A stretch of DNA of 64,000 nucleotides from the sequence record PP526765, one strand, 5' to 3'. The notes under the pieces were generated by a model. That model made no database searches. It saw nothing but the letters and a program-made list of their open reading frames with translations, and was not told the DNA's origin. The stretch's first letter is position 1; the number at the start of each line of letters is the position of its first letter. Positions 13,945 through 24,560 of this stretch are shown in pieces. The translations under genes and the position numbers were made by a program. This stretch comes from Escherichia phage HK3.

Positions 13945-15546
13945 ATGGACTTAAATGCTGTTAAGCAGAAGCGAGTGGAAGATGTTAGGAAAGTCCTAGC
14001 TGGAGAGTTGGGGCTTTCTGATGAAGTAAAAGAAATTATCAAATCATTCGGTAAAGACCCCTCTAAATTCCTTCCAACTCAAATTCTGACTTTATTAAGA
14101 TACACACCAGACCAAGTTAGACTTATCTTCAAATTGATGACTGATAAGAACTATGTAGCCCCTCAGCCGGGTTCTCAAGAGGTGTTTTTAAATACTAATG
14201 CTGACTTGGTTTTATATGGTGGTGCTGCTGGTGCTGGTAAAACTGCTGCATTGTTAATGGACTCTTTAAGGTTTATTGAAGACCCTAACTATAATGCTGT
14301 ATATTTCCGTCGAAATACAACACAGTTACAAGGTGGTTTATGGCCTGCTGCAAAGAAACTATTTGGTAAGTTTGGTGGGGTTCCTCACGAGCAGAAGATG
14401 ACTATCACATTCCCTTCTGGGGCAACTATCAAGTTCACCTACCTAGAACTTGAAAAGCACGCTGAAGGTCATCAGGGTATTGAATACTCAGCTATTTACT
14501 TTGACGAAGGTACACACTTCTCTGCTTCACAGATTTCATACCTACAGACTCGTCTGCGTTCTGGTGCTGAAGGTGACTCATACATGAAGATTTCCATGAA
14601 CCCAGATAGAGACCACTTCATTTATGATTGGGTAGAACCCTTCTTAGATGAAGAAGGTTACCCAGACCCTGAGAAGTGCGGTCGTATTCGTTGGTATGTT
14701 ATGAATGATGGTGTGATGGTTTCTGATTGGGAAAGAGACAAGATTCTTGAAATGTTCCCTCTTGAGATTCCTCAGACATACACCTTCATCTCTGGTACGA
14801 TTGATGATAACCCAATTCTTGACTTCTTAGAACCTAAATATCGTGGTAAGTTGGAAAACAACACACCTGTAAACGTTGCAAGACTTCGTTTCGGTAACTG
14901 GAAGGCTCGTGCAGAAGGTTCAAACTATTGGCAAAGACAATGGTGTGAGATTGTTGATTCACTCCCAGAAGATGTGTTTGATGTCAGAGCATGGGACTTA
15001 GCAGCGACTTTACCATCTGAAATTAACCCTAACCCAGACTGGACAGCGGGTGTTAAGATGGGTAAATCTAAAAAAGACGGTTGCTATTATATCATTGATG
15101 TAGTAAGATTTAGAGATAGACCCTCTGGAGTCGAAACACAAATTAATTTGACTGCTGAAAGTGACGGTAAGCGAACTGGTATTTTTATCCCTCAAGACCC
15201 AGGCGCTGCTGGTAAATCCTATGCAACATCCCTCATCAGGAAACTTGCCGAGAAAGGTTATCGCGCAAGAGCTAAACCAACAAATAAAGATAAAGTTACC
15301 CGCTTTGCGGGATTTTCTGCTGCTTCGGAAGCTGGACTTGTAAAAGTCTTGAGAGGCAGTTGGAACGAAGCTTACTTTCAAGAACTTGAAGGCTTTTGTG
15401 GTGATGGTAAAACGAAAGATGACCAAGTGGATGCTACCAGTGATGCTTTCAACAGTCTTAACGAAGTTAAATTATTCAAGCCACCATCAATGGGTGCTCA
15501 CACAGATTTAGTGAGAGGAAACCCATATGAGGGGCTTAGACGTTGA
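13945..15546 (+). CDS. terL: terminase large subunit
   Basis: Walker A LYGGAAGAGKT, Walker B-like IYFDEGTHF; C-terminal nuclease-sized domain; ATG 13945 with GGAGG 6 nt upstream (track start 13930 is TTG). Confidence 0.85.
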   Translation: MDLNAVKQKRVEDVRKVLAGELGLSDEVKEIIKSFGKDPSKFLPTQILTLLRYTPDQVRLIFKLMTDKNYVAPQPGSQEVFLNTNADLVLYGGAAGAGKTAALLMDSLRFIEDPNYNAVYFRRNTTQLQGGLWPAAKKLFGKFGGVPHEQKMTITFPSGATIKFTYLELEKHAEGHQGIEYSAIYFDEGTHFSASQISYLQTRLRSGAEGDSYMKISMNPDRDHFIYDWVEPFLDEEGYPDPEKCGRIRWYVMNDGVMVSDWERDKILEMFPLEIPQTYTFISGTIDDNPILDFLEPKYRGKLENNTPVNVARLRFGNWKARAEGSNYWQRQWCEIVDSLPEDVFDVRAWDLAATLPSEINPNPDWTAGVKMGKSKKDGCYYIIDVVRFRDRPSGVETQINLTAESDGKRTGIFIPQDPGAAGKSYATSLIRKLAEKGYRARAKPTNKDKVTRFAGFSAASEAGLVKVLRGSWNEAYFQELEGFCGDGKTKDDQVDATSDAFNSLNEVKLFKPPSMGAHTDLVRGNPYEGLRR

Positions 15547-15562
15547 TAGCTAGGTGAGAAGA

Positions 15563-17029
15563 ATGGCAGATATTACAGAAACACAAGAAAGCTTACCACC
15601 ATTTAGAATGGGTGAAGTAGGTTCTTTGGGTCTGAAGGTTAAGAATGGAAGAATCTATGAAGAACCTCGTCAGGCACTAAGGTTCCCCGAAAGTATTAAA
15701 ACTTTCCAATTAATGATGCGTGACCCTGCTGTAGCAGCATCTGTAAATATTATTAAGATGTTTGTCAGAAAAGTCAACTGGAGATTCGTACCTCCAAAGG
15801 GAAAAGAGCAAGACCCTAAAATGCTTGAAAGAGCAGACTTCTTTAATTCTTTAATGGATGACATGGAGCATGATTGGGCAGATTTTATTAACTCTGTAAT
15901 GTCATTCTGCACTTATGGGTTCTGTGTTAATGAGAAGGTTTATAAGAAACGTCAGGGTAAGAAAGGAAAGTACCAGTCTAAGTTTGATGATGGTCTAATT
16001 GGATGGGCTAAGTTACCAATCAGAAACCAATCAACGCTTGATAAGTGGTACTTTGACGAAGACTTTAGAAAAGTTACTGGTGTTAGACAGAATCTGAGAA
16101 ATGTTTCACATATTGCTGGAGCAATTAATCTTGGAGAAAGACCACTAACAAGAAAACTCCCACGAGCTAAATTCATGCTGTTTAAGTATGATGATGAGTA
16201 TGGTAACCCAGAAGGTCGTTCACCATTACTTAACGCTTATGTACCGTGGAAGTATAAAGTACAGATTGAAGAGTATGAAGCTGTTGGTGTTTCAAGAGAC
16301 TTAGTAGGTATGCCAAAGATTGGTTTACCACCAGATTATCTGGATGAAAATGCAGAACCTGAAAAGAAAGCTTTCGTACAATACTGCAAAACTGTTGTTA
16401 ATGATATGATTGCTAATGACAGAGCAGGTTTAATCTGGCCTAGATATATCGACCCAGATACTAAAGAGGATATCTTTGAGTTCTCATTAGTTTCTAGACA
16501 GGGTGCTAAAGCATATGACACAGGCTCTATTATTGACAGATATTCCAAGCAAATTATGATGGCATTTATGTCAGATGTTCTTGCTATGGGTCAGTCAAAA
16601 TACGGTTCATTCTCTCTTGCAGATTCTAAGACAAGCTTATTAGCAATGTCAGTAGATATTCTGCTGAAGCAAATTAAGAACGTAATTAACCGTGATTTAG
16701 TTGCACAGACTTATGCTCTTAATATGTGGGACGATGAAGAACATGTACAAATCACATATGATGATATCGAAACTCCAGACCTTGAAGTAATTGGTTCTTA
16801 CATTCAGAAGACTGTTGCAGTAGGTGCTTTGGAAGTTGACAAAGAGCTATCTAATAAACTTAGAGAGCATATTGGTCTTCCTCCTGCTGATGAGTCTCAG
16901 CCAGTATCTGAAAAGCTTTCTCCAAATACCCAAAGCCGTTCAGGAGATGGCTATAAGACCGCTGGAGAAGGTACTGCAAAGACACCTTCAGCGAAAGACC
17001 CAAGCACAGCAAATAAGGCAAATAAATAA
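15563..17029 (+). CDS. portal protein
   Basis: about 490-aa protein immediately after terminase; size/position typical of portal; ATG 15563 with AGGTGA RBS. Confidence 0.65.
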   Translation: MADITETQESLPPFRMGEVGSLGLKVKNGRIYEEPRQALRFPESIKTFQLMMRDPAVAASVNIIKMFVRKVNWRFVPPKGKEQDPKMLERADFFNSLMDDMEHDWADFINSVMSFCTYGFCVNEKVYKKRQGKKGKYQSKFDDGLIGWAKLPIRNQSTLDKWYFDEDFRKVTGVRQNLRNVSHIAGAINLGERPLTRKLPRAKFMLFKYDDEYGNPEGRSPLLNAYVPWKYKVQIEEYEAVGVSRDLVGMPKIGLPPDYLDENAEPEKKAFVQYCKTVVNDMIANDRAGLIWPRYIDPDTKEDIFEFSLVSRQGAKAYDTGSIIDRYSKQIMMAFMSDVLAMGQSKYGSFSLADSKTSLLAMSVDILLKQIKNVINRDLVAQTYALNMWDDEEHVQITYDDIETPDLEVIGSYIQKTVAVGALEVDKELSNKLREHIGLPPADESQPVSEKLSPNTQSRSGDGYKTAGEGTAKTPSAKDPSTANKANK

Positions 17030-17529
17030 TGGCTGAAGTTATCTCTATTTCAAATGCTACACGAGTGCATTCGTATAGAGGTGTTCTTATCATTACTGAT
17101 AAGTTATCTGTAGAGGCTGGCTCAAGGGTCAGCCTTTCAGGTTATGTTGGTGATGGTGGAACCTCTGACGTTTTCACTATTTGTAGGTTACTTGATGCAC
17201 CAATGAGTGGAAAACCGTTTATTTCAGGAAATTGTAGTGAAATTGTTAAAATTCCATTTGACAGTTCATGCCTTTTGGGTGTAAAGTTATATAACTGCGA
17301 GAATAAACGTATCAATGTTAATAGCATTGAAGCCGCTTTCATTACCCTCGACACTGCATTTCAATCTCCAATGACAGTTAATAAAGAAACAAACAGACTT
17401 GAATACATTTTTTCACAAAATGATTACAAAGTACTTGTCAAAGGTAAAGTATATGATATGATTGTAAATGTGGTAGATGAATCTGGTAACCATTCAACAG
17501 TCCTTAAACAAAAAGTAAGGTTTAATTAA
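17029..17529 (+). CDS. hypothetical protein (head module)
   Basis: 166-aa ORF, start overlaps portal stop. Confidence 0.45.
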   Translation: MAEVISISNATRVHSYRGVLIITDKLSVEAGSRVSLSGYVGDGGTSDVFTICRLLDAPMSGKPFISGNCSEIVKIPFDSSCLLGVKLYNCENKRINVNSIEAAFITLDTAFQSPMTVNKETNRLEYIFSQNDYKVLVKGKVYDMIVNVVDESGNHSTVLKQKVRFN

Positions 17530-17861
17530 TGGGAACATTAACTATTGATGGTAAGAATAAAATCCTCGCCACGCTAACCCCAACGACTATTATTTTACAC
17601 AATGTAGACCCAACGGCAGACCCTACAGCAAATAAGGTTACTCAGCCAGTGGCTATTTATTTTTCTGAACCGGATAATGGCTTGATTGCCTCAGAAGACA
17701 CAGTTAATATTACTGTCCCAGCTTCTGCAACGGTCTCACACTATAGCTTGTGGGATGCTAACGATAAATGCGTGGCAACTGGTGCTCTTAGCAAACCTCA
17801 ATTCTTTGCTGAAGAAGGTATCTATGTTATCTCTTCAGTCTCTGTAGATTTAAACAAATAG
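17529..17861 (+). CDS. hypothetical protein (head module)
   Basis: 110-aa ORF, ATGA overlap with upstream gene. Confidence 0.45.
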   Translation: MGTLTIDGKNKILATLTPTTIILHNVDPTADPTANKVTQPVAIYFSEPDNGLIASEDTVNITVPASATVSHYSLWDANDKCVATGALSKPQFFAEEGIYVISSVSVDLNK

Positions 17862-17872
17862 GGTGAGTAAAA

Positions 17873-19219
17873 ATGAGTTCGAATATCTTCAGACTTGCTG
17901 ATAGATTGTTCAACCAACCTTTACTAGCCACTGAATCATTAGCTCACTCAGCAGCAACTTATGTGAATAACAGATTGCTGGGTGATGTCCAAGCAGCAGT
18001 AAACTTTGATAAACCCAAAGGTGAAGCAAGAAGTCTTTTAAAAGTAAAAGATGACATTGCTATTATTCCTATTATGGGTGGTTTAACTCATCGTATGACA
18101 TTCATTGATGCAATGTGTACAGGTGGTTTAAGCTCTTATGAAGGTTTGCGTAGAGGCTTTGACGAAGCTTTAGCAGATGAGTCAATTAAGACTATTGTTC
18201 TGCATATTGATTCTGGTGGTGGTGAAGCTTCAGGTTGCTTTGAATTAGCACGTCACATCATGGCTTCAAGAGGCCAAAAGAAAATTATTGCTTATGTAGA
18301 TGAGTTCGCTTGTTCCGCTGCATATGCTCTTGCATCTTCTGCTGAAGAAATTATTGCATCACCAGATGCAGATGTTGGTTCTATTGGTGTAATCATGGTT
18401 CATCAGGAATTAACTAAGGCATTTGAAAAGAATGGCGTAACAATTAACGTCATCAAAGCTGGTGAGTTTAAAGGTATGGGTTCACCATTCCAAGCACTCT
18501 CAGAAGAAAGCAAAGAAAGACTTCAAAAGAGAATTAATGATACCTACGCAACCTTTACAGGTTTTGTAGCTGAATCTCGTAATCTCTCTGAAGAAGCTGT
18601 AAAGAATACTGAGGCGAATGTTTATTCTGCTCAGGAAGCTCTTGAACTTGGTTTAATTAACTCAATCATGTCTCAAGATGATTTCTTAAATTACTTACAA
18701 GGTTCTGAAGAGGCTCCTGTAAGTTTAAACGTTAACAATTCAGGTGAAGAAATGACTGAACAAGAAAAGCAAGAACTAGAAGCTTTGCGTCTTCAGGTTG
18801 CTCAAATGAAAGCTAAAGAACAGGAAGCTGCTTTGTCAGATTTGACTAATAAGATTTCTGCTTCTGCTGAAGCTTTTGGATTTGATGCAAAAGAAGCTGC
18901 AACGACTATTTTAGGTGCTGGTCTTGATAACCCTCTGAGTGTTCTGTTTATGAATGCTATGGAAGGTGCTAACCAGAAACTTAATGAAACTATCGCATCC
19001 CATGCTTCTGCAATGGAAGAAAAAGAATCAGAAATTACCAAGTTGAAAGAAACTGCTGGTGCTGTTCTTGAACATTCCAACGCTATGGAAGAAGTGGGTA
19101 ATGACGGCGAAGCTGATTTGGTTGAAGAAGAAAAAGAACCAGCTAAGAATGCTTCCGAAGACACTGCTGAACAACGCAAACTGGCTCTCCAGAATGCTCT
19201 AAAATCTCTTATCAAATAA
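17873..19219 (+). CDS. prohead protease (S49/SppA-like) fused to scaffold-like coiled-coil C-terminus
   Basis: N-terminal half resembles S49 peptidase core (IVLHIDSGGGEASG...FACSAAYALASSA...GSIGVIMVH); C-terminal EQEKQELEALRLQVAQMKAKEQEA coiled-coil/acidic region. Confidence 0.65.
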   Translation: MSSNIFRLADRLFNQPLLATESLAHSAATYVNNRLLGDVQAAVNFDKPKGEARSLLKVKDDIAIIPIMGGLTHRMTFIDAMCTGGLSSYEGLRRGFDEALADESIKTIVLHIDSGGGEASGCFELARHIMASRGQKKIIAYVDEFACSAAYALASSAEEIIASPDADVGSIGVIMVHQELTKAFEKNGVTINVIKAGEFKGMGSPFQALSEESKERLQKRINDTYATFTGFVAESRNLSEEAVKNTEANVYSAQEALELGLINSIMSQDDFLNYLQGSEEAPVSLNVNNSGEEMTEQEKQELEALRLQVAQMKAKEQEAALSDLTNKISASAEAFGFDAKEAATTILGAGLDNPLSVLFMNAMEGANQKLNETIASHASAMEEKESEITKLKETAGAVLEHSNAMEEVGNDGEADLVEEEKEPAKNASEDTAEQRKLALQNALKSLIK

Positions 19220-19230
19220 GGAACACAATA

Positions 19231-19608
19231 ATGGCATATCAAGGTTTTACTAAGTTAGGTAAAAGAGAACCTCTGAATGATATCATTCTTTGGGAACAGG
19301 TTACCCCAACAGGCCACTCTCGTAAAGAGTATACTCCAAAAGCTTCTACAGAATACCGTGTAGGTGAAGTTCTGAAAGCAGATGGCTCTAAAGTTGCAGC
19401 AGGAGAAGAATCTCAGGCTGATTCTGTATGTATCGTTAACTTTTATGCAGACCTGCAACTGTCTTACCACGGTCAGTTGAAAGTTGTTGGTATCCACCGT
19501 GATGCAGAGCTAAAAGACCTGCTAATTCTTGAATCAAGCGTTGATGCTGCTGAAGTCAAGAAAGCTCTGGCTGCTAAAGGTATTGATTTCGTACCAACTG
19601 GCCTGTAA
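19231..19608 (+). CDS. head decoration-like protein
   Basis: 125 aa between protease/scaffold and major capsid gene (lambda D position); strongly biased highly-expressed codon usage. Confidence 0.45.
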   Translation: MAYQGFTKLGKREPLNDIILWEQVTPTGHSRKEYTPKASTEYRVGEVLKADGSKVAAGEESQADSVCIVNFYADLQLSYHGQLKVVGIHRDAELKDLLILESSVDAAEVKKALAAKGIDFVPTGL

Positions 19609-19641
19609 TAACAATAATAAGACATTCTGGAGAATTTTACA

Positions 19642-20748
19642 ATGTTGACTAATTCTGAAAAAAGCAGATTTTTCCTTGCTGACCTGACTGGTGAAGTCCA
19701 GTCTATCCCAAATACTTATGGGTATATTTCCAACTTAGGTCTGTTCCGTTCAGCACCAATCACCCAAACTACTTTCCTTATGGACTTGACTGATTGGGAT
19801 GTTAGCTTGCTTGATGCGGTAGACCGTGATAGCCGTAAAGCAGAGACTAGCGCACCTGAGCGTGTTCGTCAAATCAGCTTCCCAATGATGTACTTCAAAG
19901 AAGTTGAAAGCATTACTCCTGATGAGATTCAGGGTGTACGTCAGCCGGGTACTGCAAACGAACTGACTACTGAAGCTGTAGTACGTGCTAAGAAGCTGAT
20001 GAAGATTCGTACCAAGTTCGATATTACTCGTGAGTTCCTGTTTATGCAAGCTCTGAAGGGTAAAGTTGTTGATGCTCGTGGTACTCTGTACGCTGACCTG
20101 TACAAGCAGTTCGACGTTGAGAAGAAGACTGTTTACTTCGACCTTGCCAACCCTAATGCTGACATCGACGCTTCTATCGAAGAACTGCGTATGCACATGG
20201 AAGACGAAGCTAAGACTGGCACTGTAATCAACGGCGAAGAAATTCACGTAGTTGTTGACCGTGTATTCTTCAGCAAACTGGTTAAGCATCCTAAGATTCG
20301 TGACGCTTATCTTGCACAGCAGACTCCGCTGGCTTGGCAACAGATTACTGGTTCTCTGAGAACTGGTGGTACTGACGGCGTTCAGGCTCATATGAACACC
20401 TTCTACTACGGTGGTGTTAAGTTTGTCCAGTACAACGGTAAGTTCAAAGACAAGCGTGGTAAGGTTCACACTCTGGTGGGCATTGATGATGTAGCAGCAA
20501 CTGTTGGTGTTGGTCATGCCTTCCCTAACGTATCTATGCTGGGTGAAGCTAACAACATCTTCGAAGTGGCATATGGCCCATGTCCTAAGATGGGTTATGC
20601 AAATACACTTGGTCAGGAACTGTACGTATTTGAATACGAAAAAGACCGTGACGAAGGTATTGACTTCGAAGCTCACTCTTACATGCTGCCATACTGCACT
20701 CGTCCTCAGTTGCTAGTAGATGTTCGCGCTGACGCTCAAGGTGGCTGA
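19642..20748 (+). CDS. major capsid protein
   Basis: 368 aa; position after protease/scaffold and decoration gene; codon usage sharply shifted to CTG/CGT/AAC/TTC/GGT as in highly expressed structural genes. Confidence 0.75.
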   Translation: MLTNSEKSRFFLADLTGEVQSIPNTYGYISNLGLFRSAPITQTTFLMDLTDWDVSLLDAVDRDSRKAETSAPERVRQISFPMMYFKEVESITPDEIQGVRQPGTANELTTEAVVRAKKLMKIRTKFDITREFLFMQALKGKVVDARGTLYADLYKQFDVEKKTVYFDLANPNADIDASIEELRMHMEDEAKTGTVINGEEIHVVVDRVFFSKLVKHPKIRDAYLAQQTPLAWQQITGSLRTGGTDGVQAHMNTFYYGGVKFVQYNGKFKDKRGKVHTLVGIDDVAATVGVGHAFPNVSMLGEANNIFEVAYGPCPKMGYANTLGQELYVFEYEKDRDEGIDFEAHSYMLPYCTRPQLLVDVRADAQGG

Positions 20749-20768
20749 TAAACTTAGGAGGGTTATGA

Positions 20769-21218
20769 ATGTGTTATACAGGCGACCCAGCCAATAACCC
20801 TCTTGATAGAGTAAGAATCCTCTGCACAGACACCAATAATGATGAGATTCTTATTGAGCAGTCTGTGCTAGAGTGGTTCTATCTAGAATCTGGAAAGGAT
20901 GAAAAGAAAGCAGCCATCAAAGCTCTTAAATATTTACTCTTTCAAGTAGCCAAGATGGGAGATGAGAAGGTTGGTGGTGTTTATTTACGTAACTCTTCCA
21001 GATTCAAATCTCTGAAAGCTGTTTATGACGACCTTGTTAAAAGCTCTGTTTCAGGACTACCCTATGCAGGTGGTATTAGCCAGTGTGATATTGATATGCG
21101 TCGTCAGAATCCTTGCTCTGTCAAGAAATACACAGAATATGGTGATGCTGCCAGATACGAAGGCAGAGATTACTGCAACCGTGTTAATGGCGTATTTATT
21201 ATCGAGCGAGATGAATAA
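20769..21218 (+). CDS. hypothetical head-tail connector protein
   Basis: 149-aa ORF by position between capsid and tail genes. Confidence 0.4.
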   Translation: MCYTGDPANNPLDRVRILCTDTNNDEILIEQSVLEWFYLESGKDEKKAAIKALKYLLFQVAKMGDEKVGGVYLRNSSRFKSLKAVYDDLVKSSVSGLPYAGGISQCDIDMRRQNPCSVKKYTEYGDAARYEGRDYCNRVNGVFIIERDE

Positions 21219-21700
21219 TGGTTAAAAGGGTTATTCACCCCGCTAGAGCAAAATTAGTCGGGGCTATGAAGAACTTGCAAACGGCTAATGCTCAAGTTGG
21301 GTATTTTCAAGAACAAGGTCAACATAGCTCTGGTTTTTCTTATCCTGCTTTAATGTATTTACAAGAAGTTATTGGGGTTCCTTCAGCTTCTGGTAAAGTA
21401 TATCGTAGGTTGTTTGAAATCACTATGATGCTAAACAAACAGACCTTGTTAGAGCAGACTAAGAAGAATCTATATAAGCAACTTAGCAGTCTCAATACAG
21501 ACCCTTCAAATACCTTAGAAGCATTTGCAAAGAATGCTCAGAAGGCAATTAAAAGAGGTTTTGGTAATTCTGCTATCCTCCCTCCTAACGCACCTTCCAC
21601 AGTTAAGAAAAAAGGCTTTAATGCACCTCTTGTTGAGACAGGTGACTTAAGGGAGAACCTTGCTTATAAAATTTCTACTAAGAAGGGTATTAAAAAATGA
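21218..21700 (+). CDS. hypothetical head/neck protein
   Basis: 160-aa ORF, ATGA overlap. Confidence 0.4.
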   Translation: MVKRVIHPARAKLVGAMKNLQTANAQVGYFQEQGQHSSGFSYPALMYLQEVIGVPSASGKVYRRLFEITMMLNKQTLLEQTKKNLYKQLSSLNTDPSNTLEAFAKNAQKAIKRGFGNSAILPPNAPSTVKKKGFNAPLVETGDLRENLAYKISTKKGIKK

Positions 21701-22098
21701 GGCTCTTAAACAGACACAGCTTTATAGTAAAGCGTAAAGTCTCTGAAGACGGTTATTATAATGATGATGGTGATTGGGTAGCTTCACAAGATATTGTTGA
21801 GGTTAACTGTAAAGGCAATATCCAGCCATACATCAAAGGTTCTGTAAAGAACGGTACACAGATTGCTTTACCGGAAGGTATTAGACTCACCGATACAAGA
21901 ATCCTGTATACTGCATATAAACTTAGAACTTCAGATGATGTGGAGTGGAATGAGTCTGACATTGTTATGATTGATGGTCATGAGTATGAAGTATTTATGA
22001 CTATGGATTGGTCGCAACAATTAGCCCATACGTCCCATTACGAATATATCATTATTAGAAGGGATAAAATGAATGCAGTTAGAAACAGCAGAACTTGA
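21697..22098 (+). CDS. hypothetical neck/tail completion protein
   Basis: 133-aa ORF. Confidence 0.4.
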   Translation: MRLLNRHSFIVKRKVSEDGYYNDDGDWVASQDIVEVNCKGNIQPYIKGSVKNGTQIALPEGIRLTDTRILYTAYKLRTSDDVEWNESDIVMIDGHEYEVFMTMDWSQQLAHTSHYEYIIIRRDKMNAVRNSRT

Positions 22099-22672
22099 AA
22101 AAGGTCTAGTTAGAACCTTAGTGGATGTTATTGGTCACAGACTAGCTCGTGATAAAAATAATAGGCCAAACGTAATTAGAGCTTACCCTTCTGATAACTC
22201 AAATGACAAAGGTTTAAAACCTGACCAACCATTTATCACCGTATACTGTCAAGATGCTGCAACACCTTATGGTTGGGTTCTTGATAAGTTTGTTGAGGAT
22301 GATGTAGTTTGTTATAGAATTGCTTTTCAGATTCCTGTATTAATTACGGTAAATGGTAAAGGTGCTCATAGTATTATGCTTGAGCTTAAACAACGATTAG
22401 AGATGAGTTCAGTAAGAGATTTAATTCTTGAAGAAACAGGAGCTACAGTACTAGACACTGGAGCAATCCCAAATGATTACACTTATCTCAATACAGATTT
22501 CGAAAATTCTGCACCTCTTGTTGTAACACTTGTAAAAAACTCAGTCCTGAAAGATGAACGTGGAAGTATTATTGAGCGTGTCATTACTGATGGTGAGTTG
22601 GTTTATGAAGAAGGACAAGAGCCACCAGAATATACTATCCATCTAGATGTAGACTCCAAAGGGGTAAAATAA
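22073..22672 (+). CDS. hypothetical tail completion protein
   Basis: 199-aa ORF preceding sheath gene. Confidence 0.4.
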   Translation: MQLETAELEKGLVRTLVDVIGHRLARDKNNRPNVIRAYPSDNSNDKGLKPDQPFITVYCQDAATPYGWVLDKFVEDDVVCYRIAFQIPVLITVNGKGAHSIMLELKQRLEMSSVRDLILEETGATVLDTGAIPNDYTYLNTDFENSAPLVVTLVKNSVLKDERGSIIERVITDGELVYEEGQEPPEYTIHLDVDSKGVK

Positions 22673-24025
22673 ATGTGGAATCCAATTGTTAATGTAGATA
22701 TTACATTGAACACCGCAGGAACTACAAGAGAAGGTTTTGGTTTGCCACTATTCTTAGCTTCAACAGATAACTTTGAAGAAAGAGTTCGTGGTTACACTTC
22801 CTTAACTGAAGTTGCTGAAGATTTCGATGAGAAGTCTGCTGCATATAAGGCTGCTAAACAACTTTGGAGTCAAACTCCTAAAGTAACTCAGCTTTATATT
22901 GGTAGACGTGCTATGCAGTACACTGTGTCAATTCCTGACTCTGTTACTGAAAGTACCGATTATTCTTTAACTGTAGCTGTGGGCGGTGGAGTTTCTCAAC
23001 CATACCAGTACACATCAAAAAGCTCAGACACTGCTGAGAAGGTGTTACAGCAGCTTAAAACACAGATTGAAGCTGACCCAGCAATTAAAGATAAAGTTTC
23101 TGTGAATGTAACTGGTAGCAATGCTTCTGCCACAATGATTATTACCAAAGCTGGTGATAATGACTTTGTGAAAGTAACAACTACAGCGCATACTGTGTAT
23201 GTTGCAAGCACAACTGCTGATACAGCATCAACTGCTCTGGCAGCCATCGAAGCTTATTCTACCGACTGGTATTTCATTGCAGCAGAAGATAGAACTCAAC
23301 AGTTTGTCTTAGCAATGGCTTCTGAGATTCAGGCTCGTAAGAAAATATTCTTCACTGCTAACTCTGATGTAGCAGCACTGCAAGGCACAGAATTAAACAG
23401 TGCAAATGATGTTCCAGCACAGCTTGCTAAGAGTATGTACACCCGCACAGTTTGCTTGTGGCATCACACAGCAGCAGAAGACTATCCAGAGATGGCATAC
23501 ATTGCTTATGGCGCTCCGTATGATGCAGGTTCAATTGCTTGGGGCAATGCTCAGTTGACTGGTGTAGCTGCTTCTCTACAGCCAGCTAATAAGAGACCTC
23601 TGACAAGTATTCAGAAGTCAGCTTTAGATGCACGTCACTGTAACTTTATTGACCTTGATGGTGGTGTTCCAGTGGTTCGTAGAGGGATTACTTCTGGTGG
23701 GGAATGGATTGATATCATCCGTGGTGTTGACTGGTTAGAATCAGACCTGAAAACTTCTCTGAGAGACTTGCTAATTAACCAGAAGGGTGGTAAGATTACT
23801 TATGATGATACTGGTATTACTCGTATTCGTCAAGTCATTGAAACCTCTCTACAAAGAGCAGTCAACAGAAACTTCCTGTCATCTTACACAGTTAATGTTC
23901 CTAAAGCCTCTCAAGTTGCTTTAGCAGACAAGAAAGCTCGTATCCTGAAAGACGTTACCTTCGCAGGTATCTTAGCAGGTGCTATCTTGGATGTTGACTT
24001 GAAAGGTACAGTGGCTTACGAATAA
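22673..24025 (+). CDS. tail sheath protein
   Basis: 450 aa; followed by about 150-aa tube gene, chaperone pair and tape measure, the canonical contractile-tail order. Confidence 0.65.
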   Translation: MWNPIVNVDITLNTAGTTREGFGLPLFLASTDNFEERVRGYTSLTEVAEDFDEKSAAYKAAKQLWSQTPKVTQLYIGRRAMQYTVSIPDSVTESTDYSLTVAVGGGVSQPYQYTSKSSDTAEKVLQQLKTQIEADPAIKDKVSVNVTGSNASATMIITKAGDNDFVKVTTTAHTVYVASTTADTASTALAAIEAYSTDWYFIAAEDRTQQFVLAMASEIQARKKIFFTANSDVAALQGTELNSANDVPAQLAKSMYTRTVCLWHHTAAEDYPEMAYIAYGAPYDAGSIAWGNAQLTGVAASLQPANKRPLTSIQKSALDARHCNFIDLDGGVPVVRRGITSGGEWIDIIRGVDWLESDLKTSLRDLLINQKGGKITYDDTGITRIRQVIETSLQRAVNRNFLSSYTVNVPKASQVALADKKARILKDVTFAGILAGAILDVDLKGTVAYE

Positions 24026-24040
24026 TAGAGGTAAATTGGA

Positions 24041-24487
24041 ATGGCTATGTATCAGCAATATTCCCCTAAAGACGTTGTATGTAGCTGGAACGGCATTGCT
24101 ATTGAAGGCTTTGCTCCAGATTCATTCTTGCGTCTACAGAGAACATCACCACTTATCACACCAGTTGTAGGTGCAGGTGGTCAAGTTGCTCTGACAAGAA
24201 ATGCAGACAAGACAGGTACTATTGAGATTGAGCTAATGCAGACTTCTCTCTCTAATCAGATGCTTTCTGCAATTCAAGCTAAACAAGACAATATGGAACT
24301 TGAAGAAGATATCTCTTCTAACTTCGTAATCTACGACCCATCAGGCTCTGTTCTGGCAACTGGTATTAATGCTTGGTTGCAGGAACTACCACAGATTGAA
24401 CTTGGTCGTGACCAGAACTCTAAAACTTGGATTTTTGGTTGTGAGAAGCTAGACTACACTTCTACAATTCCAGCGTCAAGTGTTTAA
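24041..24487 (+). CDS. tail tube protein
   Basis: 148 aa directly after sheath gene. Confidence 0.6.
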   Translation: MAMYQQYSPKDVVCSWNGIAIEGFAPDSFLRLQRTSPLITPVVGAGGQVALTRNADKTGTIEIELMQTSLSNQMLSAIQAKQDNMELEEDISSNFVIYDPSGSVLATGINAWLQELPQIELGRDQNSKTWIFGCEKLDYTSTIPASSV

Positions 24488-24499
24488 TAAATCCTATAA

Positions 24500-24531
24500 G
24501 GGGGAGACTTTAAAAGGTCTTCCCCTTTTTT
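24500..24531 (+). terminator. rho-independent terminator after sheath/tube genes
   Basis: GGGGGAGAC-TTTAAAAG-GTCTTCCCC followed by TTTTTT. Confidence 0.7.
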
Positions 24532-24560
24532 GTTTCTTTTAAAAGTATTAAGGAATCACA

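Noticed and set aside
19750-20676. 308-aa ORF antisense to the major capsid gene
   Set aside because: Fully nested antisense to a strongly coding, codon-biased gene; Thr/Asn/Leu-rich translation typical of antisense frames.
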